A DNA stretch of 52,876 nucleotides, counting the filler, from Sphacelaria rigidula (taxonomy: Eukaryota), in assembly GCA_964200075.2 (NCBI GenBank). It is 4 parts of 4 records of this genome, joined end to end, with 100 filler letters (N's around TTAATTAATTAA, not from the genome) between each part and the next. Parts side by side here need not be neighbours in the genome. Positions count along the whole stretch, not along the records: positions 26,492 to 39,634 come from CAXNAA020003118.1; positions 39,735 to 52,876 come from CAXNAA020003119.1; 2 more parts are not named here. One strand, given 5' to 3'. Both the position numbers and the translations under genes were made by a program. Position 1 is the stretch's first letter. Each line of letters opens with the position of its first letter. The notes under the pieces are model-generated. The model ran no database searches. It was not told where the DNA came from and worked only from the letters and a program-made list of their open reading frames with translations. This document shows positions 26,492-50,300 of this stretch, piece after piece.

Positions 26492-28227
26492 AGATTTTAA
26501 TCCTCCGGGTTCTCATCCTCAATCAAAAGCACCATCCTCAACATAGATGATTGGCTGTTTCACGTCAATACACGACCAGCGTATCTCAATCATATGATGA
26601 GGCACTTTGCGCAAGAGCAGCTGAAGAACAGATTGGTCTGACTGTCAACCACGATTACTTGATTGTGCTCGTGTTTGCTGTTGATAATCTGACTTGGCGG
26701 GTGACTCTTCCAAGTCAAGTGCAGGCTACAGAAACAGAGACTTCTGATTTGAAGACTCAGGCTAAGCTGCGCCACATTTCTGGCTGTCAGTGTTCGAAGT
26801 CACGGCGGACACTCAACGGCTTCGTGAAAACGGCATTTGGACCAATCCGTACTCAGGCAGCCCAATGGGTCAGCCGTTCAGCATGTCGCGTGTCACAGCA
26901 CCGCACCACAACACAAGTACACAACTACGATAACCTTCGAGATGTGAAGAGAAAAAATAAGGTTTCACGAACGAAATCATCGAAAAATTTCCAATACTCT
27001 CGCCATCAGATAAGATGATGCCCTGTGACGACAGTATATTTCAGATTAGGTGGCAGCAGTTACAACGCTTGCAGTTCCACATATTGTTGAAACTTCAGCG
27101 GAAAACAAAACCCGGCCGAACTATCGTTTATACCTCCCACTTTTCCCGCCCAACGAAATTCAATGCGCCAACAAATACGCCCTCGCGCGGCGTCGGCAGT
27201 TGCGATATCAACATGGATATCATACTAGCCAGGAAAACAATATTGTACAAATGGAACCTACAGAAGAACATCTCCGCTGAACAAAAGCACATATCAACGT
27301 ATGGGGCAAGACAAACCGACACGTGCGGCAGACACAGACACAGACATATACCCTTACCGAAGCAGATGAACGACGATACCAAGGAACAACAGAGAGAACA
27401 GTCAGCTCAAAATCACTGCAGTGGGAAGGAAGCAACACCCCATACAACACTTGACACTGCAAGGAAAGCTGAAAAACAAACATATACCCACCTCTTTAGC
27501 GAAGGGTTCAATTCAAGCACAACCCACGCCAAATACCATCCGATGGGTACCGTGGAAAACAACGGTGACAAGGTGCCGCACCACGCTCAACAATTCATTT
27601 TGCAGACGCAACACAACCATTGCAACAACAGCAAACACGGCTGGCAAAGAATAGAGCCCGCAACGCCATAACGCGTGAATCGCAGCCCAGACACCATTGC
27701 TCGATAAATTTCATCGACGATCCCATTTTACGCCCCGCCCCACCCCGGGCCACGCCACCCACGACACGACATGAAAACTTTCCTGGAAAAGGGACCCTAT
27801 AAGCATTTTTTTGCCAATCGCACGGCCAGATCCACACACCGAAATCAAGCAGCGCAGGCGTGTTCAAAATAGACAACACCGTCAAAATACAAGCTAGTCT
27901 CGCTGAAGAAAAAAGAGTCCAGCCTTGCAGGAAACAACACGAGGTCGGTACAAAACTGCTACAGAATGGCGGGTGCAATAAGACCACTTGGCAACAAAAC
28001 ATCGATGAAATCATGCCTGTGTACGTTTACCGACCCGCTTCCTACACAGGACGTTACACAAAGCTTCATTAACCGCATCATGATTGACCCATACGTTGAA
28101 TACTCCGCCAAAATAGACCAGGCAGATCTTACTAGGAACTTTTACAACGCAACTACTTCATCGTCAACCTGTTGTTTCACCCACTACAACGAGCACCAGA
28201 GCTTGCCTGCTTGAGCGCCTGTGCTAC

Positions 28228-38772
<10,545 letters not shown>

Positions 38773-39634
38773 CTGCGCACGCACACCGCCACAAAGAATT
38801 CCCGAAAACAGAAAGAGAAAGACGCATGTACATAAATCAGATAATGACTACAGGCCTACAGAGAGGGGGCATTAAAAATGATCGACCAAAACAAACACGA
38901 TGCAGCCCGCCCCGGCCAACCCTGCACGCCTCAAAGGCCAGAAACTGCTTCTAGGCAATCGACATTGCGATGGCCACTCTGCCGTGTCTCTCTCAATCGC
39001 CACATTTTTCCAACGTTCCAGGCCCCGACACAATTTACGATTTTCGGTGCATTTCCTTTCGTGTATGCCGCTCGCACGCGCCGCCAGCATAATGGATTAT
39101 TGCACGGTTAGGACAAGTAATGGTTCGTCAGTAAATTGCTTGGTTTTCATGTAATAAGTTGACTCGTCATGAATGAATCCTCATGACTAATTTCAGCGTT
39201 ACAACCCAGGTACACGCAGTCCAGAGACGTGGAACGGCGCAAAAGTTGTGTGGGACATTCCTTGGACCAGAGGTCAACTTTTTCCTCCCTTNNNNNNNNN
39301 NCCCTTTCGGGCACTCAGGCAGAAGAAATCGTGAATTTGGTGATTTTGAGTCGTGATGATTTGTTTTAACTGTGGATTATTGCAAAATGTTGCCGTCAAT
39401 GTAAAAACACAAAAAAAAAAAATCAAGATGCAATCAGAAATAAATCGGCTCATGATTGATGTACGTACAGACCTCATCACCCCGTAGGAACTGAACAGAG
39501 GAGGTATCCATCCATATATCCAACATGGAGTGACATTACGAGGGGGGGGGGGGGGGGGGGGTGCTTTAAAGGAGAAGAAGAAGAATGGGGGGTTTATAGC
39601 CGGCCCCCCAACCCAAACACCCCCATCGGTGGGG

Positions 39635-39734
39635 NNNNNNNNNNNNNNNNNNNNNNNNNNNNNNNNNNNNNNNNNNNNTTAATTAATTAANNNNNNNNNN
39701 NNNNNNNNNNNNNNNNNNNNNNNNNNNNNNNNNN
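39635..39734. other. Artificial contig spacer (N44-TTAATTAATTAA-N44)
   Basis: Identical 100-bp linker. Confidence 0.97.
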
Positions 39735-41362
39735 TTTTTCTCCCTTTCGGGCAATCGGGCCGAAGAAATCGTGAATTTGGTGATTTTGAGTCGTGATGTT
39801 TTGTCCTAACCGTGAAACGTTCACTTTTTGAGAGGCTACATCCGCCACGGATTCTCGGGCACACATTTCCATACAAATGCTTGATGTCCATCTGCTTGTG
39901 CAAGTAGAGCTCTTGAGTCAGATGCCAAATACTGCGTGGGCAATATTACGCAATCCGGCGCGGGGGTGGCGGTCGTATAGTCATCAAAAATGAACTTCAA
40001 TCGAAAATCCAAATCGAAGATACACGCGGTGCTGTGATCGACCCGCTGCCATGAACCGCGATTTAAGCTGCTTTCAATATACTGGACCCTAGGAGGATCG
40101 CAGCATTATCCTGAAATCAAAATGTTGAATGCTTATCATCGAAAGGCTGCATGTCGGACGGAAGATTTATTCGCAGATGTAACAGGGCGTGTGCCCATCA
40201 TTTCAGGGCGTGAAGCATCGCATACAGGCACGCACAATGGGACACGAGCGCATCTACATATATCACCCGACTCCACTAGAAGACAAGGTGATGGGCGAGC
40301 ATGAACAACGTGTTCAATGGAGTTGTGTAGTCGTTCTGCCCAATGTGTTCAGTTTTGGCGCCTTCTATGCTGTGCGAATTCGAAAAACAGCCATTGCAAC
40401 TTCATCTCTTGACGGATCTAAGCCAAAACAAGCTCATCATCGGTGCTTGAGTGGGAGCTATCGTGAAAGCAATCGAGCACTGTTTGAGGCGCAGTGCATC
40501 TCTCTTGTTCAGTCTTTGAACCCCTCGCATCTGCTGTGGTTCGTCAGCTGCGGATCGTCATCCACCCAAATCTGATATATCTGACGCTTATTCGTCGCCG
40601 GTGCCAAACCCCATGGCAACAACAAAAATCGAAATTTCAAGTCGATCCCGATTTTATTTGTTGTCGAGACCCTCTCTTACACGTTTCTAGGGATGTGAAT
40701 TTTCGGATTGAAAAATTGTGCTCTGAGATATTTGACACCGCTTTCACCCTCAAATGGGAAATATTGCCTTCACATGTCTCGGACATGAGCTATACCCATC
40801 CTGAGGGGAACGTAATCCACGTTTTTGATCCGCCAGGCTCAAGGATTTTGCGCACACAGCTGGTCGTGAACGCAAAATTGAGGTGTGCATGAATAGATGT
40901 GGTGTCCTTCGGGATTTTAACACAAAATTTCCGCGTCGTCTTCACATTTCCCAGGTCCAATAGAAGTTTTAGCAAGTGGCCAGTTGTACATCCTAGCAGC
41001 CCCAGCATAGCGGAGAAGTGTGTTAGACTCCTCTCGGTGGGGTGATGCAGAATGTCCCCAGACACGTGGCGGAAATATTTTATGCTTTGGGATCAAGAGC
41101 GGTGTTAAATGCCCCTAATACTCACATTCGCGAGACTGGTGCCCCGATAGCCACCCCCCCCCATAAAAGTGGCTGGTTTGAGGAGTCAAAATCTACATAT
41201 AAATCTACAAGATGCAAAAAGCCAAGCATACCGAGCAGCGGGAAACTCCCTCACTTGAGGATCGCTTTCGTCAATGTCGCCCATGTCAGGCGCTTCATGC
41301 AGTCTGAAACCAGCTATCATAAGCGGTTTGACCGTGTTCTTCTTGACAATTTTGCAAGGGCC

Positions 41363-41552
41363 GGTCGAGTAGAGTATACTCAATTGCGGGGTTATTTTGA
41401 GAGACGCACTTGAGGTACTCAAATTAGGGTAGAGTTTGAGGAGCCGTACCCCACAAATAACTGGGAAGCGATCCCTACAACCCTACCCCCAATTCGTGTA
41501 CTTCAAGCGCGACTATTAAAATACCCCGCAATTGAGTATACTCTACTCGACC
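41363..41552. mobile_element. Foldback MITE core
   Basis: GGTCGAGTAGAGTATACTCAATTGCGGGGT ... ACCCCGCAATTGAGTATACTCTACTCGACC perfect 30-bp inverted repeat; symmetry extends outward (TTGCAAGGG/CCCTTGCAA). Confidence 0.75.
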
Positions 41553-43769
41553 TACCCTTGCAATTTTGGGGGCTGGTTCCGGGGGGGCGCTATCGCGGCA
41601 TCACTCGCGATTAAAAATAATCTCACCCATGCAAAGAGTGGCTGTAGGGTATAGTTGGGCGGGCGGTTTTCCCTCGGAACTAAGAAAGGCTTGAGCCTGC
41701 CCCGATTTTCGTCGGTTTTCCCGAGGAAGCGGAATGTTGTTTCCTTTCTACTCATGCGCGGCAAGCTTGCGAGCAATCCACCAGAGCTATCTTGTACCCC
41801 GATCACGCAAAACCAGGAAAAAGTGTGATGATATGATGGGGTGCGCGCGCGAGGGGGGGTATTTTGAGTCATTTCTTCCACGAAATTCCACCTCAAAATC
41901 GTCGTTGAAAGCAGCAACATTAGGGTTAGGGTTGTAGGTCAAACGCGCTTGTTGTCAATAAGACACACTCATTTATACCACTTGACACCATTTCCACCCG
42001 AACACAAACGCACAGCCAGTAATAAGATCGTCTAACACACCTGTGAGCCCCTGTTTTTCGTAAAGCCACCCCCTCTTCCCCCCCTCCCTCCTATCGTAGC
42101 ATCACTCAAAAATGTATTCGTTCGTCGTTGCTGTCCTTGGGTGTCACATTTTGAGCCACGATTCGCGGGTTTTGGCCGCTTTTCATGTCATTCTAGCCGC
42201 TGATGTATTCTTTTATGGACCGATAAAGGTACACCTTAACCGTCAATGCACATATGAAACGTCCCTGTTCACTGTACCCTGAAATTGCGAAAAATTTAAA
42301 GGTATGTATACCTCATTCGGGCCACTACCTCACGACAGCCTGCAGCGGCATGTGCGCAACAGCAGCACAGTGCAGAGCAGACCAGCCTTCGCGATCTTCA
42401 CCACCCAGGCTCGCCCGCTGCGGTACTGGGACGTCGAGTCGGTGAAAGTAATTCCTCAAAGCAACGTTGCTGTAGGCGGATCGCACCCAATGCACCCGAA
42501 ACAAGCCATACGTTTGAGCCTACTACAGATGCTGTACTGTACCGTGCTGTAACCAAGCCGTGGCGGAGTCCCCCGTTTTCGTCGAGCGTGACAGGCTTTG
42601 GCATTCATTCCCTGGCATTCACGGCGTTCACCTCGGGGGAAGGAATACGTGTGTACTTGACACCGTGTTTTCCTATGAAATATTTTTTCGCGGACTTCGC
42701 CATGGTGTCATTCTTTTTCCGCGCGTCATGACGTTATCTTCATCTCCAGAGTAGCGTTTTCTGTCATGCCGCGGAACCATACACAACGTAACGGCACGTG
42801 CTGAGCAACATATAACATCACATTTGGGTAGCACAAGATTTGAACTTTCGAACGGTCCCTTGCATGGGCTCCAACTGTTGCCTCACGTACGCTCCGGAAT
42901 GGAAAAAACGTTCGGAAGTGGCCACTGGCCGCGGGCTCGTTCTTCTGTTCAAAACGCATGCTATTCGGTCATTGTCCAATAATAGGCTTTTGACCCGAAC
43001 AAAAAAAAGCATTGGAAATATGGTGGTGTTTCAGCGCAGAGGTCTTCCGGGACAAGGGTTATGAATATTCTAACGAAGTGTAATTGATTTTCTCTGACCG
43101 AGTGTTACCACTAGTTTTTTTCCTGAACTTCCTTATACTTCGTACTTTTTGTTTTCCAGCCCTTTGTTAGATTCCGCCACTTGACGGTATTCGTGCACCC
43201 GGTCAGTAATATGCGGTGAGCATGTACGGTAGACCGACGGGTGACGCACTCTTCATATGGAGGGGCTGCGTAATGGAACATGCGTCTGGCTCTTACTGAC
43301 TATCTGCACAGGCTCCAATTTGAGAAAACTGCCGTTTCGCTCACAAACTGTACAACAACTCCAAGAATGCGAATGAAGATCTCACCTGGGTACATAACCT
43401 CATGTGGTTCATGCACAGCAATTTGGCATAAGTTGCACACACAAAACATACCGTAGTGCTTTGAGGTGTTCACTTCTTTTCACAAACGACAAGAACAATA
43501 TCGCTAAAAATACAGCTAGCTCTCTGCCAGGCGGATCGATCCATCACGGCAGATTTTTTGTTTTTGCCGTTGGGTTGAAGTAGTCCGCTTTTCCCAACAA
43601 GAACTGGTCAAGGTTTTGGAGGTGGACAGGTGACCATCATTTTTTTAACGAGGGATTGAAATGTATCGTTAAGGGGAAGATTCATGTCGAAGAAGAAAAT
43701 AATTTTCTCTACTTCGATGTGGTATATGGGCGGAAACCTGCTTTTCCTTGTTCGAGTTGTGGGGACCTA

Positions 43770-44239
43770 GGCTACCTCTTATGTATCGAAAAGTAAAATT
43801 TGTTGAAAAGTGCTTTTTTGGTCCTTCTCCGTCGTTTTTGTCCCCAAAAGAGGGCTAGGCGGATGTGGACACCTTGGAATGACTTGCTCTACTCACTGAG
43901 ACCGTTCCAGAGCACCTTTGCGTTTTCTGTAGGTCACAGTTTCGTTCTTGGCCATAAATGCATTTTCAATAACAAACGGTCGAGTTATTGAAAAAATGGC
44001 AGTTTCCCCCCTGTTTTTCGATAACTTGGCCGTTTGTTATTGAAAATGCGTTCATGATGAAGAACGAAACTGTTACCTACAGAAAACGCAAAGGTGCTCT
44101 GGAACGGTCTCAGTGAGTAGAGCAAGTCATTCCAAGGTGTCCACATCCGCCTAGCCCTCTTTTGGGGACAAAAACGACGGAGAAGGGCCAAAAAAGCACT
44201 TTTCAACAACTTTTACTTTTCGATACATAAGAAGTAGCC
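43770..44239. mobile_element. 470-bp foldback MITE (PIF/Harbinger/Tourist-like)
   Basis: Roughly 226-bp near-perfect inverted arms (43770-43995 and 44014-44239), loop about 18 bp, termini GGCTAC...GTAGCC, flanks CTA and TTA. Confidence 0.85.
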
Positions 44240-44982
44240 TTACGCGCGAAATTGGCGTGATGAATGTCGAAACATTTCTCGAATTCGGACGAATTGGACC
44301 TGCACTCAGGACACGTGTTCTTTCTCCAAAACATTTCTGTGGGCCAAGATATCACACTCAAAGCTACGGGCGAAAGAACGGGCATTTTTTCATCTCATCC
44401 CCTTTGTACTTTTTGTAACGAAAGAAAAATGGTCATGTATTTGTGCTTGTCACAGGTACTTTAGTTCAGAGCACTCATAAACTAGTCTTGCCCAGCTCGA
44501 TGGTATTCGCTCCCAATAAGTCACCGAGAATATGCCGGAAATGGCATCTCTGTCGTTCTATTTTTTTCCACATTTGCTCGTTGACTTGGTTATGGTATAA
44601 CCTGTTTTTTTTTTTTTTTACATCCGACTACTGTTCGCCTTGGCGCAGAGATCACTGTTACCTTCGTGTCGGTTTCCAACTCCCACTAATGACGGAGGAA
44701 AGATCAGTAACCCCGTAGGACAATTATTGTGCATGGACCAAACCACCCGACTCTCACTCCCCGTCACTTCGACCCGCGTTTCCGCTCAACAGACAGCCGG
44801 CGCTCAAGGGAACCGAAAGAGACAAACAAAAGGTAGTCGCGCGCGAGAGAGACAAAGAAACAAAAAAGCACAACTCACGCCGTGTGTGCGGAGGGCGCAC
44901 TTTCGTCGGGACCACACGCTACGAAAGACGTTCTCGTCTCGCCTTCGCTTCACCTGACATTTATCGAGTCCGATAAATAATC

Positions 44983-46889
44983 ATGTCGGCCACTAGGCGT
45001 CTACATGTCGCGGTAGAAAGAGGTCTGGAGGATAAGGTCGTAGAGTACATCGTTCACGAAGGCGCGGATCCCAACGGCCGCGACCGGAATGGCCTGACCC
45101 CTCTCTTCAATGCCGCGAGGCACAATCAGCCTGACATCGTGTCCGCGCTGCTCGCCTTCGGGGCCACAGTGGACAAAAAGGTGAACGACGGATACTGCCC
45201 CCTCCATATCTCCGCGCAGTACAACTTCCCGGCGGTCGCGCGGGAGCTCCTCGAAGAGAGTGCTGACCCCGACGTCGTCAACGATAGGGGCACGCCCCCG
45301 CTGTTCTACGCGGCTAAACGCGGGGCGGTCGATGTCGTGAAGCTGCTGTTGGACTACGGTGCAGACCCGTCGCTCGCAGATCGCGATCTTGCCACGCCGC
45401 TGCAGGCGGCGGTGAAGGGCAAAGACTCCCGGATCTTGGAGATGCTTCTCGACGCCGGCGGAGATCCGGCGGCGGCGGATGATCATCACCAGTTTCCGCT
45501 CTTGAGTGCTGCGGACGATGGGCTCGTGGAGCTTGTCCGGATTTTGCTGGAGTACGCGGCGGACGCGAATCAAGCCATGAAAGACACGGAAAGGTTCACG
45601 CCTCTGCACGTTGCGGCCCAAGGGGGGCACGTACGTGTGATGGAGGAGCTCATATACTCAGGGGCGAACATCCATAATGCCACCACCTCGGGGTTCACTC
45701 CACTGCACTCGTGTGCGCAGAAGGGTCACGTCGACGCTATGTTGCTGCTGTTAGATGCGGGCACGGGGCTTGAGTGTCGAACGCGTCTGGGTTCCACTGC
45801 GGTGCATCTGGCGGCACAGAACGGCCATACGAAGGCCCTGGATCTTCTGTTGTCGCTCAAGGCAAGCACTAGTGTGGCGGGGCAACACGGGTACACTCCT
45901 TTGCATCTCGCCTGCCAGAACAGGTCTGTAAAAAAAAAGCAATGACTATCGATGCCCGCAGGCATGCATGCCCACATTTCTCGTCGGCTCGTTTTGCGTG
46001 TGCTCTTTTTGTTGTACCCTACTTACTGTTCCTGTACAGAGCTGTCGCTTGAAGATTAGTGGTAATCAGCGTACGTGTAGCCTGCACTGACATGGCCGGT
46101 GAAGCCATGAACATCTTGCCAGGCCTGATGAACAATAGAGCACCTGCAGGTTGTGACTTGTGCCGCGCGTTACTGTAGCTGAAACTAGATCTGGGCGATG
46201 GATTTTATGTGTGTGTCAATTATGTTTCTCCTTGATAACTTTCGTAACGCCGGGCATCAACCAAACATGAGACGTTGTTTCATGTGCGATTATATTTGAG
46301 TTCATTTACTCGCTTTCCTTGCGAAATAACTAGTTCTATCCCCAGGCATCAACCGAACGACTAATTTGAGTTATGTTCAAGGTTTTGACAAACGATATAC
46401 ACGTGTACACACAACAACACACAGGCATTCTCGCGCAGTCAAGATGCTGCTCGAGGCAGGTGCTGAGGTCAACACCCTGAGTTACCAAAACACCACCCCC
46501 CTAGCACTGGCCGTCTCGGGCGGTTGCGTCCAATGCGTGGGACTCGTTCTAGCCGCTGGTGGCAACCCTGAGATACGGGACAACACGGGAGAAACCCTGG
46601 AATCACATATAGGCTTGATGGCGCATCACCGTAACATACCCTATAGCCATGAGGACAAACTGGCCGTCGTTCATGCGCTGAAGCGACACCAGGCGTACTG
46701 TGCAAAAGCGTGGATGTGGCCCACGTGCCCTGCCTCTGTTTCGCCAGATGTGGAAGGAGATATTGCGGCTGCACGAAATGAATCGATCACTGACACCTCG
46801 GTAATCACGACGAAGGAGAAAGCTGGGAGACTCCTGAACTTGAGGGTGGTTCGGGGGCGGCGTGACCGGACTATTCTTGCCATATGCCG
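44983..46889 (+). CDS. Ankyrin-repeat protein (about 11 repeats); exons 44983-45923 and 46425-46889, probably with a short unlocated last exon
   Basis: Repeated TPLHxAAxxGHxxVVxLLLxxGAD-like units. Phase-2 intron AACAG|GTCTGT...ACACAG|GCAT restores repeat 10 (TPLHLACQNR-HSRAVKMLLEAGAEVN). Exon 2 ends at a strong GTGAGT donor (46890), or at TGA 46893 if unspliced. Confidence 0.9.
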
Positions 46890-47435
46890 GTGAGTTACTG
46901 TATGTGACACAGTGTAACACTCGCACGCTGAATACCACCCCCTGGTACACCCCCGAGTTAGGGGGGTTCGGCCATTACTGACGCCATACCGGATTTTTTT
47001 GTCATTTTTCCCCGTCGCACTTTCAACCCCCCCTCTTGCTCGAGACGAGTCCGCAGTGTTACGGGATCAACCCATCTCCCTACCGGTATACGCCTTACAT
47101 ACGGGTATCGAGGATTGAATCATGACCGGCATTCCTGCATCGTGTAGACTCTCTCGTCACACACATTTGGCTTTTGATCCTCAGGTCCTCACGTCTTGAA
47201 CTATGGAAATGACGCACTTTTCAGCCAAAAACCCATGTGCGTCTGCTGCGGAGATTCGGATCCCCAAACTTCCGCCCTAACCGGTCTCAGTTGTACCATC
47301 TTCAATACAGACCGCTGGGCGGTGGTCAATACGTAGAGTATTGTATCGAGATACGCTGTTTACCGCCCCCTCAACGGTAGCCTCACCCTGGGTAATGACG
47401 GTGGGTGTTTCACTGTGTCACATGCAATATGTGTG

Positions 47436-50300
47436 TTGATGGATGGATTCATTTATTGACGCATATTAGTTGCTCCACGAAGGACCCAGCCGTGGTCATC
47501 ATCCACAAGATAGACGCACCCAAGGTCCACAAAACCGAAACCTTCGCTGAGGGACTGTTGTTGTTTGTTGTTGCTGTTGTTGCTGTTGCTGCTGTCTTCA
47601 TATTTGGAAAACCTTTCGATGTCTGCGCAGTACACCAAACTGGGCATCTAATGCGGACGCTTCCCGTGGTCACTGGCCCAAAAAAGGGTACAAGAAAGTC
47701 AAAACAATAAATAAAGAATCGGGCCCCGAAAAATCCACACAGACGCGATATTAGTTACATATAAGAATAGAACAAACAGCGTGGACCCAGAAAAAAAAAA
47801 AAACTGTGGACGCATAAAAGACAGAAAAAATACTACTTCGTGTAATCCCGGCCTATGTAACGTGGCTTCAGGTCGAAAGGTCTGGCGCAAATAGCACACG
47901 CACTCATACCCAAATGAAAACAAACGCAAAGCTGCGGGGACAGATCGCGGCTCAGCTACTTCGGCCACAATATTCTGGGTACGGGCTCTTACCTATAAAC
48001 CCTGTGAAAACGAGGCGCCAAACTGTGACTTGCAACCACCGGGAGGAAAGAAACACATGCAGATGAGACAAGGAGGAGACGGGGGGAGAGATGGGGAGAC
48101 AAAGAGAGAACAGAGGAGTAGAAAACTACTGAAGCGATAAAACCCAATGACAGAGTAGAACAGACACAAAAAAACTAGGGAACAGCACAAGACCACCAAC
48201 CGAGAAAACAGTCAACAGATAGTACAAGACAGGGAGGGGTATATCAATTTCTGTGTTCATCCAGCTTCCCCCACTCTCCCTACTCGGGTACAAAGTGGGA
48301 CATTTTCTGTCATCTCCTTCCTGGATTACTCGCGAGCTGTTGCTGTTGTTGTGTTAGCGGTGGCAGCTTTCCGATCGGGGGCTCTCGACGCAGCACCCTC
48401 TCGTTTGTGGCGGAGGTCCGATTGGCATTTATCTTCGCGTCGGAAGGGTCCTCGTACTCTTCCGCCCCTTTCTCGACCCCAAGATGCCATTTGCCCATGT
48501 TCTTCGTCGCAGTCACCCAATCGTGTGCGTCTTTAACCTCCACACCGTAGACGAACCATTTTCCTTTGTGCTCTTTTGCTCGGAAGAGCCCCCGACGCAC
48601 GGATGTTATCCTGTAAGTTGTCCCCCCAGTGTATGGGGCGCCGGCCAGCCTCCTTGAGCCCTGGTGCGGCTAACCGTCCGAGCATGATAGGTTTTGGAAG
48701 ACGTGTTTCATGCCGGACAAGGATCCCCGCGAACCAGAGCCGACGCTTGCGGATGGTCGTCTCGACAAGTCCGCAATTGGTCATCTGAGGCACATCTCGG
48801 TACGATTGAGTCTTGTAGCCAGTTTGCTCCTTCCTGCGGAATCTAACCACTCGCAGCAAAAGCTTGTGGTGAGCCATGGGCAGCAGCTTGGAATCCTCGG
48901 AACGCACCATCAATGTTCCGCATCCCTACAGCAAAGCTTCCACCACCTCCGCTTTATGCAGCCGGATTTCGAGAGATGCCTGGGTGCTGGGTCAATCGTA
49001 GAGTTGGGAGCAAGGCTCTAGGAGGCGTGCCGACGCAGCGCTGATACGGCGGTTGATATCGATGGAAATATTCGCGTCCGCCCTGACAGCACCATCAAGG
49101 TAGGTGAACTTTCCCGTCTGCTTATACCCTTGACCTGCCACGTGATGCGCAGGGCGATCTCTGCGGAGCTGGTTACTGACCACAGGCGCATGTACTCTGT
49201 CTTACTCTCCCATACCGTCAATCCGAACTTCTAATAGACCACCACTACCACGGCCATCGTTTTGGCAAGGCCGTCCGGAGAACTCGAGACTATGCCAGCG
49301 TCATCCGCATAAGCATTCCCCACACCGCGCGTCGCACCTTCTCCAGCGTCGTCTTTTCCACGGGGTAGCCATGACCGCCTTTGGCGTATCATCTAGATAT
49401 ACCAGATCTGGGACGGTGACTGGGTCTGCCCCGAACCGCTATAATATCATGTCGTCGACCAAGGCTGTGCAAAAGAACAATAGCGGGGACAAAACGCATC
49501 CTTGCCAGAGTCCCTGGCAGACGTGCAACCGCGCTGATATTTCGTCGCCCAGCTGTACCCGAGCTCGCATCCCATCCTGAAAGATACGGATGACCGTGTT
49601 CATTCCCGGCGGGACTCTGAACCGGGAAAACACTTCCCACAGGAGCGTGCGGTCTACGGAATCGTAGGTCCCGTACAAATCGATGAAGCATGTGTTCGGC
49701 GACAATTTGTTGCCCGTCACCAACTGCAGCGTACCACAAACATCGTGTCGGTGGTAAACCGTTGGCGCCGGAATCCGCTCTGCTCTTCCGGAAAGATCTC
49801 TGCCTCCTCGCAGAAAATTACCGAGTCTGTTGGCTACAATTTTGAGTTTACTAGCATGTGCCGTGAGGGAGATGCCCCCGTAGTTGCCACATTCGGTCCT
49901 ATCCTTCTCCTTTTGTAGCACTCCGATAGCGGCATCTTTCCACTCCTGTGGCACCTCGCTAGATGTCCAGGCTGCAGTGATGTTGCTGTTGAAGTGGTTC
50001 ACAATCTCCGGAGGCTCCTCGACTAACCCAAGCTTCAGGAGTTCAGCAGGTAAATTACCCGGACCCGTTGCTTTGCCGTTAGCCATAGCCCTCAGGGCCT
50101 CCTCAGTTTCAGTTGGGCTTGGCGGGTCTGCAAATGACGACGCTATCGGTCGTTGCGCAATGATCTCGATGACGGCTCGATCGATAGTTACCGATGTGGC
50201 ATCCCTAGTGTAGTTGTGCGTCCCTGTGTGGGGGAGATCATGGTGCAATTTCGGCAAAATATCCCAGAAATTTGGTGCAGCATTCAACTTTTCGTGTGGC
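47436..50300 (-). mobile_element. Decayed 5'-truncated RTE-like LINE (RT region plus 3' UTR)
   Basis: ALRAMANGKATGPGNLPAELLKLG, VPQEWKDA, ECGNYGGISL, CFIDL..YDSVDRTLLW, GLWQGCVLSPLLF, YADD at 49300-49311, RKRRLWFAG, RLPKPIMLGRL; 3' terminus GACCACGGCTGGGTCC...GTCAATAAATGAATCCATC at 47436-47500. Confidence 0.9.

Noticed and set aside
39274..39810. Similar sequence on both sides of the third spacer suggesting contig overlap
   Set aside because: The copies are diverged and the first lies about 300 bp inside contig 3 beside a 10-N gap; better explained as a dispersed repeat that breaks assemblies.
41920..41935. Telomeric repeat TTAGGGTTAGGG
   Set aside because: Only two units, internal; insufficient.
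45001..45630. 209-aa antisense ORF
   Set aside because: Shadow frame of the GC3-rich ankyrin exon.
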